Of a stretch of 64,000 bases of DNA, positions 31,717 through 40,816 are shown piece after piece. Numbering within the stretch: the stretch's first letter is position 1; every line of letters starts with the position of its first letter. The notes beneath the pieces were generated by a model, which was not told the DNA's origin, searched no databases, and saw only the letters and a list, made by a program, of their open reading frames with translations. The DNA comes from an uncultured Methanosarcinaceae archaeon (GTDB lineage Archaea > Halobacteriota > Methanosarcinia > Methanosarcinales > Methanosarcinaceae), in contig CAWJYV010000007.1 of the NCBI GenBank assembly GCA_963847185.1, positions 96,001 through 160,000 on the forward strand, read 5' to 3'. Both the position numbers and the translations under genes were made by a program.

Positions 31717-33561
31717 TTAGAAATTAAAAGGTTTGCCTGCGGATTCGAAATTTCTGCCCCTATAGATCAGTTCATAAAGCATGTTTTCGATTCCTTCGAT
31801 CGGAGCTCTTACCTGGCGCATGGAATCTCTGTCCCTGATGGTTACAGTCCCATCTTCAAGGGTGTCGTAGTCCACGGTAACTGAGTAAGGGGTCCCGATT
31901 TCGTCATTTCTCCTGTAGCGGCGCCCGATAGTTCCGGAGTCATCGTAATTGACAAGCAGGGTTTTTTCCCTTAGTTTTGCGACAATTTCTTTTGCAGGGT
32001 CTGCAAGCTCTTTTCTGGTAAGGAGCGGCAGCACCGCAACCTGTACAGGAGCAACTGCACTTGAGAAATGCATGACAAGACGAGCTTCCTCTTCTCCTTC
32101 AGCGTCGCTTCCTTCATTTTCTATGTCCTTTCCTTCTTTTCCAGTCTCAGACCCTTTTTCAGCTTCTTCTGTACCTTTAAGCCCGGATTCAGTTGCCTTC
32201 TGAGCCACGTTCTCTTCATCATAGGCATGCTCCATGACACCGTAGAAGATCCTGTCAATACCATATGAAGGCTCAATTACGTGCGGAATAACGTTTTCTC
32301 CGCTGACTTTTACGGTTTCTTCCGCAAAGCTAACCATGTCGGAACTGACAGTCAGTTCGTTTCCATCCACGGTAACTTTGATCTCATCCTTTGAGAGCTC
32401 CTCTTCTGAAAGCTGTTTTAAGGCATCTGCGACAGCTTTTGCTTTGCCTTTAAAGACAGGACCTAGCTTGCCCATATTTGGCTTTACAGTAAAGCGGGTA
32501 ACCATCTCTGGCTCATCGTATTCCACATAGACATAAAGCTCGGTCTTGCTGACTCTTGCATGGGCTTTGAGATCGTAATCAGTTCTATCTGCAATTCCCA
32601 CGATCTCTACCCATCCAAAGCGGTCTGTCTCGATCTCGGCATCCCAGCAGTCGATTGCATAGTGTGCCATCTCATCCTTGAGATGCTGCCTGAACCTGAG
32701 TTTTGCAGGGTTGACTCCCACCTTTGTCAGGAACTCGTTGGTAAGCGCGATATTGTAGCCCAAAATCTCGTGAGCAATGACTCCAGCTTTTACAGCATCC
32801 TTTACAGTCATCCTGATAGATTCGCCTTTCTGCTGTGCTTCCTGTGAATAGAGCACAAGTTCCCTGTCAGCGAAACGTTCGAAGTTCGGATGCTTCTTGT
32901 TCCTGGGGTCAACAAAGATCTCACATTCAGCCTGTGTGAACTCCCTGAGCCTGATAACGCCCTGCCTGGGAGCAATCTCGTTTCTGTAGGACTTCCCTAT
33001 CTGTACTGCTCCAAAAGGCAACTTATCCCTGTAAAAGCGGGACAATCTCTGGAAATCCACAAACATCCCCTGTGCCGTCTCCGGCCTGAGATACCCCTGT
33101 CTTCCAGTACCAGGCCCGATTATGGTCTTGAACATCAGGTTAAATTCATAGGCATCCCCGAATTTTCCTCCACACTCAGGACAGGTGATTCCTTTTTCTT
33201 TTATGACTTTTGTCAGGTCTTCAGCACTCAGGGTCCCTGCCGCATCCATTACATTTTCTACAAGGTGGTCAGCCCGAAATGCCTCTTTACAGTTCATGCA
33301 CTCACAAAGTGGATCAGAAAAACCTCCAACGTGCCCGGACGCAATAAATACGTCCTCAATTCCTATTGTCGGGCACTCAATCTCCATATGCCCTTCCTGA
33401 ATAACGTAAAATTCTCTCCAGATCTGCTCGATTCTTCTCTTCAGCGTGCTCCCAAGAGGCCCGTAATCATAAAATCCTCGGCTTCCGCCATAAAGCTCAA
33501 AGGAGTTCCACAAAAACCCCCGGCGTTTAGCCAGCTCGAATACCTTTTCGTACTTGTCCAT
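31717..33561 (-). CDS. glyS: Glycyl-tRNA synthetase (alpha2 type)
   Basis: LRPETAQG, RNEIAPRQGVIRLREF, EMAHYA, VIEPSYGIDR, C-terminal anticodon-binding domain. Confidence 0.97.
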   Translation of the reverse strand: MDKYEKVFELAKRRGFLWNSFELYGGSRGFYDYGPLGSTLKRRIEQIWREFYVIQEGHMEIECPTIGIEDVFIASGHVGGFSDPLCECMNCKEAFRADHLVENVMDAAGTLSAEDLTKVIKEKGITCPECGGKFGDAYEFNLMFKTIIGPGTGRQGYLRPETAQGMFVDFQRLSRFYRDKLPFGAVQIGKSYRNEIAPRQGVIRLREFTQAECEIFVDPRNKKHPNFERFADRELVLYSQEAQQKGESIRMTVKDAVKAGVIAHEILGYNIALTNEFLTKVGVNPAKLRFRQHLKDEMAHYAIDCWDAEIETDRFGWVEIVGIADRTDYDLKAHARVSKTELYVYVEYDEPEMVTRFTVKPNMGKLGPVFKGKAKAVADALKQLSEEELSKDEIKVTVDGNELTVSSDMVSFAEETVKVSGENVIPHVIEPSYGIDRIFYGVMEHAYDEENVAQKATESGLKGTEEAEKGSETGKEGKDIENEGSDAEGEEEARLVMHFSSAVAPVQVAVLPLLTRKELADPAKEIVAKLREKTLLVNYDDSGTIGRRYRRNDEIGTPYSVTVDYDTLEDGTVTIRDRDSMRQVRAPIEGIENMLYELIYRGRNFESAGKPFNF

Positions 33562-33793
33562 TTATTAATCCTCGTGAAATTGATTGGGAATATCAGATAA
33601 ATGTAAATTCTTGATTTGCCCGAAATATTAGATGGATAAAAGGGAATCATTATATTAAATTTGCACTGCTCTTCATCCGTGGAGGTTTTGTCTGAAGTTT
33701 TTCAAATTCCTCGTTCAGTACTTTGTAGACAGAATCAGAATTATTGAGCTTAACATAAAATTCAAGTATTGAAAACCATTAAATTAATGATAG

Positions 33794-34105
33794 ATGAGCA
33801 GTCTTTCCCCTATCTATCAAAAAAGTATTCAGGATCTAAAATTCCTCATTTTTGAAACTTTAAAAGAAGAAAGCGCTACTGTCATACTCTTTGGCTCTAG
33901 GGCCAGAGGGGACTTCAGTCGAGTTTCGGATATAGATATTGGTATCTTACCCGGGAAAAATTTTGACCGGAGAAAGCTGGTTTTTTTGAAAGAGAGAGTT
34001 GAAAATCTTAACATTCCTTATACAGTTGATATTGTAGATCTTTCCAAAGTTTCGGATGTTTTTAAAGAAAAAGCGTTGCGAGAAGGGGTTGTATGGAAAC
34101 ATTAA
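33794..34105 (+). CDS. mntA: Minimal nucleotidyltransferase (MntA-type antitoxin)
   Basis: GSx10DxD motif FGSRARGDFSRVSDID, VDIVDL; overlaps start of HEPN gene. Confidence 0.88.
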   Translation: MSSLSPIYQKSIQDLKFLIFETLKEESATVILFGSRARGDFSRVSDIDIGILPGKNFDRRKLVFLKERVENLNIPYTVDIVDLSKVSDVFKEKALREGVVWKH

Positions 34106-34537
34106 AGCTTAGGGTCGAAACGGCCGAAAAAGCACTCAAAACTTTGAAGGCAATAACTGAAGAGCCTTATTCAGTAATAGTTAGGGATGCGGCTATTCAG
34201 AGGTTTGAGTATACTTCTGAAGCCTTCTGGAAAGTTGTTAAAAGCTACCTTGATATTCAGGAAGGAATTATCTGTAATTCTCCCAAGTCCTGTTTTGGAA
34301 GCTTTCAAGGTAGGTCTTCTTTCGGAGGAAGAAACTGTAAAAATCCTTGAGATGGTGGATGACAGAAATATCACATCTCATACCTACCACGAGGAAATAG
34401 CAGAAGAAATATATCGGCAGATAAAGGATTACTGGAAACTTATGGACGAGATTGCAGGCGGGTTATTGAAAAGATTGAGTCGGATGTTTGTAGCAGGCCG
34501 GCCGAAAAATAAAAGTAAAGTTGTAAAAATCCTTTAG
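34093..34537 (+). pseudogene. hepT: HEPN RNase toxin (HI0074/HepT-like), frameshifted
   Basis: N-terminal half (RDAAIQRFEYT...SPKSCF) and C-terminal half (EAFKVGLL...DRNITSHTY, Rx4HxY) lie in different frames; break near 34296. Confidence 0.85.
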
Positions 34538-34585
34538 GGCTTTTTGGTCAGGATTTTCTTTAAGGATTTCCCTTATTTTTTTAAA

Positions 34586-35545
34586 TTACGTGGAAGAAAT
34601 TTCATGGTAAAGGTTCTCAACAAAACACCTTGAGAAGGAATCCGAAGCCCATTCAAGGTGCAGGACTGAAGCTCCTGCGTATTCTTTCATTTCAACTCTT
34701 ATCTGATGATAGCCGGCTGTAAGAGGTATTGCTGTCTCAGTTGTGGTTCTGGAATGCCTTATTGAAAAGGTCGGTTCTTTGATGACAGGTATGCCGTCGA
34801 TGTAAAGCTGCGCCCACTCATCTGAAGTCAGATAGAATGTATAGTTTGAATCCTGTTCTATTTTGATTAAACCTTCATAGGCGACGCTGAAATAGTCTCT
34901 TGTATTAAGGATGTTGTAAGGCCAGTCTTCAATATCACTTTCATAAAGACTGGAAGGTAAATACGAATCTTCTGCAAATCTTATCCTGGAATCTGTGCGA
35001 TTAACTGCAGTGCCGCTAAAAAACACATCCTGGTAGTAACAACCAGTAATTCCAGACTGGTATTTTGTAGCTGACTCATATCCGTTTGTAAAAGTTATTT
35101 CCTGGGTAAAGATTGGCTTCCGGGTTCTAAGGTCAATGACTTTAAAGGTGGCAGCATCTCCTGCATTTCTTGGAATCAAGTTTCCTTCTGTATCCTTCAG
35201 GAGTAGCAGTTTTTCGTCGCCCACTCCCAGAGACTCAAGATCCGACGCATCAACGAGATAATCCTTTCCTGCAATATTCAGGATTACCGCTGTTGTCGAA
35301 TCCTCAAACTCGATAAAATCCCCCCCTCTATGGTCGATTTTTAAGGTGGTGTTATTATATTCGCCAACTTTAAGGCTTGCAAGCGGGGCTGAAGCTAATT
35401 TATTTTCCTGTTCCCCTCCCAGTAAAGAAATAGCAATAACTGCTCCAATGAGAAAAACAATTACAAGCATAAGAACAGCCCCCATAACCGGGGCAAGTCC
35501 ATTTTTGTTTTCCAGTAGATCGCCCTGTCTCTTGCTCTGTCTCAT
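34586..35545 (-). CDS. Type IV pilin-like (archaeal class III signal peptide) protein with C-terminal PA14 domain
   Basis: KNG|LAPVMGAVLMLVIVFLIGAVI, IDHRGGD; PA14 motifs FSVAYEGLI, YTFYLTSDE, LTAGYHQIRVE. Confidence 0.82.
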   Translation of the reverse strand: MRQSKRQGDLLENKNGLAPVMGAVLMLVIVFLIGAVIAISLLGGEQENKLASAPLASLKVGEYNNTTLKIDHRGGDFIEFEDSTTAVILNIAGKDYLVDASDLESLGVGDEKLLLLKDTEGNLIPRNAGDAATFKVIDLRTRKPIFTQEITFTNGYESATKYQSGITGCYYQDVFFSGTAVNRTDSRIRFAEDSYLPSSLYESDIEDWPYNILNTRDYFSVAYEGLIKIEQDSNYTFYLTSDEWAQLYIDGIPVIKEPTFSIRHSRTTTETAIPLTAGYHQIRVEMKEYAGASVLHLEWASDSFSRCFVENLYHEISST

Positions 35546-36217
35546 ATCTACCCTTTAGACGAAATTTATTGACCATCAAAATGAAATTTTTGTAATTATA
35601 CTATCTATTTATGTGATCGTTTTGGATCTTATTTAGCTGAGTATAAACTTAACTTACATGAAAAATCAATTGCTATTAATGGATTTTACAAATTTTCTTA
35701 TAAATTTGAGTTTATGAAAACAGATTATATATATTTCAAATAAGATTATATACTTTTCTATTTTTCTGAACCTGTATTATAGCAAAGAAATCACACTAGG
35801 GAGCCAACAGGAGTGAATCGCATAAAAATCTACCGGAAGGTTGAAAGAAAAATAAAACTAAAATAAAAATAATGTTGTAAAAATTCTAGAATTTACTTTC
35901 GGTCCTGAAAACTTCCTTTTAACCTTTTTCTTGCTCTTTTAGGCTTTCTACGCTCCTTTCATGGTAGGGCACAGGAAACTGACTGATGAATTTTTCTGTT
36001 ATCCTATTCTTTTCAACCTTTAATTTAGATGTTCTATCCTGAATTTATTGTTTGCTCCATTTTGCTATTCATATTCGGGATTTCCATTAAGATTTATGAT
36101 TGACGTGTCAATAGGAGCGTCTGGATATTATTTAGGCATTCATATAAAATTCTCTTATACAAGCTCAACAACTTTTAATATCACAAGCTTCTAAAGTTAG
36201 AGTCGGTGGGGTAACTA

Positions 36218-36368
36218 AGGTATTTTCGCTATGGGGATACCTCTTTGAGATTACGTTGGATAGTGTATGCTATACAAGGGAACTTTCGAACATAGAGTTC
36301 TCCTGTTTGAGATACAGTTGGATTAGGTACGTATATCGGAGCATTTTCTACAGGAGATGCTTTGAGAT
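36218..36368 (+). ncRNA. Putative structured RNA array (three hairpin + UUUGAGAU units)
   Basis: Three 9-10 bp stems with G:U pairs, each followed by TTTGAGAT (36244, 36306, 36361); TTTAATA TATA-like box at ~36174. Confidence 0.5.
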
Positions 36369-36405
36369 AAACAGGTAGAATACATTATCAGTGGGGTTAG
36401 ATAAG

Positions 36406-36585
36406 ATGATATTAAAAAGACTAAAAGAAATCGTAAAAACCGCAATAGGAAAAACATTACATCAGGAAAAGCTTATAGAGATAGCTGACTGGCTCCATCA
36501 TCTGGAGTTTCTGGTAATAAAGGTGATGATGTTTGCTATAGGTGTTCATCACCTCTATGTGTATACAATGAAAACTGTATTTTGA
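36406..36585 (+). CDS. Small 59-aa protein with hydrophobic C-terminal segment
   Basis: ATG 8 nt after GTGGGGT; MILKRLKEIVK...LEFLVIKVMMFAIGVHHLYVYTMKTVF. Confidence 0.5.
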   Translation: MILKRLKEIVKTAIGKTLHQEKLIEIADWLHHLEFLVIKVMMFAIGVHHLYVYTMKTVF

Positions 36586-36933
36586 GCTGAAAACTTCGAG
36601 TTTACAGTTTACATCATCTCCTTACTTCGCCTCCCTTAATTAGAACAGAACTATTTGCCACCAGAAGAATTGTTTTCGGGTCCAAATTGGGGAGAACCCG
36701 ATGGGGAGTGGCAATGATCAGTTTAACACTGGGAGGAAAGCAGCCAGTACATAATCCGATTAGGGTTATCCGTAAAAAGGAGATTGATTCATAGCCCTCA
36801 GGCTAAGAAAAGTCACATGCCAAAAAATCGAATACCCGATGACGTAATGCCCTTATTGACACCTCACCTCTTTCAAAAGTCCTCGGGTTAAAAGGATCTT
36901 TTTTAGGTTAAAAGATTCTTTTAAAAGATCCTT

Positions 36934-36970
36934 TTGGGAATGAAAGCGGTTAAAATACTTTCATTCCCAA
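36934..36970. terminator. Perfect 13-bp inverted repeat (likely terminator downstream of the acetate transporter)
   Basis: TTGGGAATGAAAG...CTTTCATTCCCAA. Confidence 0.6.
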
Positions 36971-37141
36971 CTTCAAAAAAATAGGATTCAACAAAAGTCG
37001 GGAAATATCTCTGGAAATAAGATCCCCTTTTGGGGGTACTTTTTTCTTTTTTGCTATTATTGTTATTGTTATTGTTATTTTTTACTAATATTGTTTTTTT
37101 CCTTATCTTATTGTTTTGTCCTTAACTTTTCTTTTTTCTCT

Positions 37142-37726
37142 TCAGATAGGGACAATTGTCTTTCCGTATGCGTCGTTGAGCACTATTCCAAGGGCCGTAT
37201 ACAGGGCTGCAAGACCCATGATGAGGCCAACATAACCGGCTATGATGAGCAGGCCTGTGTTTCCGGTAGCGTTTACGATAGCCAGAAGTATGAACAGCAG
37301 GAACAGTGTCACGAATATGAACATTATTGCTTTGCTTCCCAGCTTCAGGGTAGCTATGAGCATAATGAAGGTGTAAACTCCCCAGAGGAAGAGATAGGAC
37401 GCAAGCGATATTGGCGTTGGAGCCTCAATCCAGCCAAGGGCGGGCATAAGTAAAAGGCCTGCAAGGGAGAACCAGAAAAGGCCAAATGCACAAAAAGCAG
37501 TGCCTCCAAACACACTACCCTTTTTCCATGCCATTAAGCCCGCAAATACCTGGGCAAACCCTCCAAGGAAAATTGCCATAGCCACGATCATCGAGTCAAC
37601 CGGGAAAAGTCCTATATAACTGAGACTTAACAGAACTGCTGAAAGGCCAAGCCCAGTGAATCCCAGAGGAGTCGGATTTGCTGTCTTGTCTTTTACATCT
37701 GTTATCGTTTCCTGTGCTTCTACCAT
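37142..37726 (-). CDS. Acetate uptake transporter (SatP/AceP, GPR1/FUN34/YaaH family)
   Basis: ANPTPLGFTG signature, GGFAQ, FGLFW, six TM helices; start set at MVEAQ after GGAGGGG. Confidence 0.9.
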   Translation of the reverse strand: MVEAQETITDVKDKTANPTPLGFTGLGLSAVLLSLSYIGLFPVDSMIVAMAIFLGGFAQVFAGLMAWKKGSVFGGTAFCAFGLFWFSLAGLLLMPALGWIEAPTPISLASYLFLWGVYTFIMLIATLKLGSKAIMFIFVTLFLLFILLAIVNATGNTGLLIIAGYVGLIMGLAALYTALGIVLNDAYGKTIVPI

Positions 37727-38066
37727 CAATACCCCTCCCCGGATTTCTCCGGATTTCCAAATACATTTATTTCTAATTTTTGATTCTTGATTATAACAGT
37801 CATTAGCAGCGTTCAAGGTTCGAAAAGACCTTTTCACGAATATCATGAAAGCAAAACATTGGGGATAGTGCCCTTAGCTACTCATTGTGTACCAAAGCCT
37901 GCCGGTTTATTCACCCCCGGAGATGAATTTTTATCTATAATTATATAGCTCTTTATATATTATTCTTGTTTTTATATTAATATTTAATAAAATGTTCTTT
38001 TCCGAGTCTTCATGCCTTGCAGTCCTTCCATTAATTTTAAATTATCCTGTAACTTATGGAAAGCTG

Positions 38067-38858
38067 ATGGCCCCAAAAATTCTTGTTACAAATGATGACG
38101 GTGTTTATTCCACAGGCTTGAAAGCTGCCTTTGACAGTGTTTCGGATCTTGGAGAAGTTACTATTTCGGCTCCGGCTGTTCAGCAGAGCGGGGTCGGGCG
38201 TTCGATCTCTATCTTTGAACCTCTCCGGATTACAAAGACAGATGTAGGTGGCATACCTGCTTATGCCGTTGGAGGTACTCCTACGGATTCGGTAATTCTT
38301 GGTATTTTCACGATTCTCAAGGAGATGCCTGACCTGGTGCTCTCCGGCTTTAACATCGGAGAGAATATAAGCACGGATACGATTACCACTTCAGGGACCA
38401 TCGGAGGAGCCCTTGAAGCTGCAAGTTATGGCGTTCCCGCAATTGCCGCTTCCATGCAGGTTCTTGATGAGGGACAGAAATTCGATGATCCAAGGGACTA
38501 CCATAGAGAGCGTTTTGAAGCAGGGATAAAAGTTGTAAACAGGGTTGCTCGAAATGTCCTCAAACATGGCATGCCTGAAAATGTGGATCTTCTGAACATC
38601 AATATACCCTATCATGCCGAAGAAGATACTCCTGTAGAAATAACCCGCCTGGCAAGAAAGGTCTTTAAAACTGACGTCGAAGAAAGGCGCGATCCCAGAG
38701 GTAGATCATATTACTGGATTGCAGGTGATCTGATACGGGAAGAAGAAGAAGGGACTGATGTACATACAATTATGCAGAAAGGGCATGTTTCAATAACTCC
38801 GATTTCCCTTGATTCTACTGCGAGAATAGAGTTTTCGGAGATTGAAAAGTATCTCTAA
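38067..38858 (+). CDS. surE: 5'/3'-nucleotidase SurE
   Basis: ILVTNDDG, QSGVG, GTPTD, SGFNIGEN, SGTIGGA. Confidence 0.95.
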   Translation: MAPKILVTNDDGVYSTGLKAAFDSVSDLGEVTISAPAVQQSGVGRSISIFEPLRITKTDVGGIPAYAVGGTPTDSVILGIFTILKEMPDLVLSGFNIGENISTDTITTSGTIGGALEAASYGVPAIAASMQVLDEGQKFDDPRDYHRERFEAGIKVVNRVARNVLKHGMPENVDLLNINIPYHAEEDTPVEITRLARKVFKTDVEERRDPRGRSYYWIAGDLIREEEEGTDVHTIMQKGHVSITPISLDSTARIEFSEIEKYL

Positions 38859-39039
38859 AGGATATCAAAATATATCTATAAATCTTTTCAAAAAGTATGT
38901 TAGATATCTTTCAGTGTCTTTGAATTGTGAATCACTCTTTAATTTATAAATAACTCTAAAAAAGAAGACTTTATTTCGGAAAACATCAATTTTTTCCCGT
39001 CAATTTTTTTCTTTTCCCAGGAAAGTTTTTTGTTTATTC

Positions 39040-39204
39040 TTATTCTTTTATTTCATCCTTTTCAATGTGAATGGAAATCTCCTTCCATTTGCCATCGACG
39101 GTATGAAGAGTTTCGACCATTGCCTGAATAACATTACCTACAATTTTCTGGACAAACTCATTAATAGGAATTTTCCGCTCGTCTACTGAAAGTTCAATTT
39201 TCAC
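39040..39204 (-). CDS. 54-aa protein resembling the C-terminal domain of archaeal MobB
   Basis: Below track cutoff. GTG start after AGGGGG; MKIELSVDERKIPINEFVQKIVGNVIQAMVETLHTVDGKWKEISIHIEKDEIKE; just downstream of moaA. Confidence 0.7.
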   Translation of the reverse strand: MKIELSVDERKIPINEFVQKIVGNVIQAMVETLHTVDGKWKEISIHIEKDEIKE

Positions 39205-39298
39205 TCTTTTCCCCCTTACTGTTGTATTTTCTTTTCATACTCTTTTCTATTCTTTTTGTATTTATTTTTGTATTTACTTTTGCATCACTTTTTTCCCA

Positions 39299-40318
39299 TT
39301 ACTTTTTATTTAGAATTTTAACAGGAATGTAGTAAGGTTTCCGTCGACTTACTGCAAGTCTGAGCAGCTTTTCTATATCTTCCGGACTTTTTGCTTCCCG
39401 AAAATCAACAAGATTCTCGTGCACAAGCAGGCAGGGCTTAAATTTTCCGTCCGCTGTTACTCTTAACCTGCTACAGTGGGCACAGAACTCCGAGTTGTCC
39501 ATAGGACGCACAAATTCTACCTCAACTCCATCGATAATATATTTTTTTCTGTGATGCAGGTGCCTGACTTTTACTTCACTTGCCTTTTCAGCCAGGCTTT
39601 TCTCAAGAGCCTTCGAATCAATCATGTACTTTGAAAGCTTCGGGTCGATATCCATAAGCTCTATTAATTGCAGGATAACTTTTCCCTTATATGGTCGGAT
39701 AAAGTTCATCATGGAATCTATTTCGTCATCATTTATCCCTTTCAGGAGCACCATATTCAGCTTTACAGGGATAAGTCCAGCTTCAACTGCGCTGTCAATA
39801 CCTTTAATTACTTTCTCAAGAGAGCCAGGTGGAGCTCCCGTAATCTCTTCGTATTTTTCAGAAACAAGAGTATCGAGGCTAATATTTACCCTGTCCAGCC
39901 CAGCAGCTTTCAGAGTTTTTGCTCGTTTCTCAAGCAGAATTCCGTTTGTTGTTGCAGATACTTCTTTAAGGGGAGGGAGGCAGGAAAGTATTTCTTCGAA
40001 ATCTTTCCGGAAAAGTGGTTCCCCTCCAGAGAATTTCACCTTGCGAATTCCAAATTTCGCAGCCTCTCTGACGATTCCGCAGATTAACTCAGGTTTCATC
40101 TCTTGTCCTACAGGATCCAGGCTGCAACAGTCTGCCCCTTCATTATGACAGTACATGCAGGATAGGTTACACCTATCTGTGATGGAGATCCGAAGCCCTG
40201 TAACTCTGCGCCCGTAAGGATCTACAAGAAATTTTTCAGGATTTTCTTCCTCAACTTCAGGGTTTTTTCCAGAATTTTTCTGTTTCATGCTGGTTAAAGT
40301 CCCCTCTTTTACTATCAT
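39299..40318 (-). CDS. moaA: GTP 3',8-cyclase (molybdenum cofactor biosynthesis)
   Basis: DPYGRRVTGLRISITDRCNLSCMYC, GGEP, FCAHCSRLRVT...KPCL. Confidence 0.95.
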   Translation of the reverse strand: MIVKEGTLTSMKQKNSGKNPEVEEENPEKFLVDPYGRRVTGLRISITDRCNLSCMYCHNEGADCCSLDPVGQEMKPELICGIVREAAKFGIRKVKFSGGEPLFRKDFEEILSCLPPLKEVSATTNGILLEKRAKTLKAAGLDRVNISLDTLVSEKYEEITGAPPGSLEKVIKGIDSAVEAGLIPVKLNMVLLKGINDDEIDSMMNFIRPYKGKVILQLIELMDIDPKLSKYMIDSKALEKSLAEKASEVKVRHLHHRKKYIIDGVEVEFVRPMDNSEFCAHCSRLRVTADGKFKPCLLVHENLVDFREAKSPEDIEKLLRLAVSRRKPYYIPVKILNKK

Positions 40319-40816
40319 GTGATTTTCTATTTATTTCAATTCTGACGATTTTCTGACCTTTATTTTTCATATATATGTACGGGACACAAATATAATGTCA
40401 GTAATTTGTTTGTAAATTTTTCTTATTTTAAGTGGATGACATTTTTGAAAAGAGGCTCAATGTCGATATTGATATAAACAACATAATTATATTAAAATCA
40501 CAAACTAATCATATAAAGAAGTGCCGTCCGAATAAAGAATTCTTTTCTTCCGGCTTGTAAAACAAGAGCCCTATTTCTTGATGCTTTCCTTTGTATCATT
40601 AAAAAAGATAGGAGTTTTCACATTATTATATTTTTTAGTTAATTATTAAGACCTGAAAAAATTGTATGGAAAATAATAAACTTTAATCCCTTGTGCAGAG
40701 AGTATATAACTCTCCAACACATAGGTTATTTTTTGGTTTATTGATTACGTTTTTTCATTTTTTACTTTTCAGATTCTGTAAGATTTCCTGGGTTTGTCTG
40801 TTCCTGTCCAGTCTTT

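Noticed and set aside
32085-32220. Acidic insertion in GlyRS as a possible intein or mobile insert
   Set aside because: Short low-complexity interdomain linker with no intein C/S...HN termini
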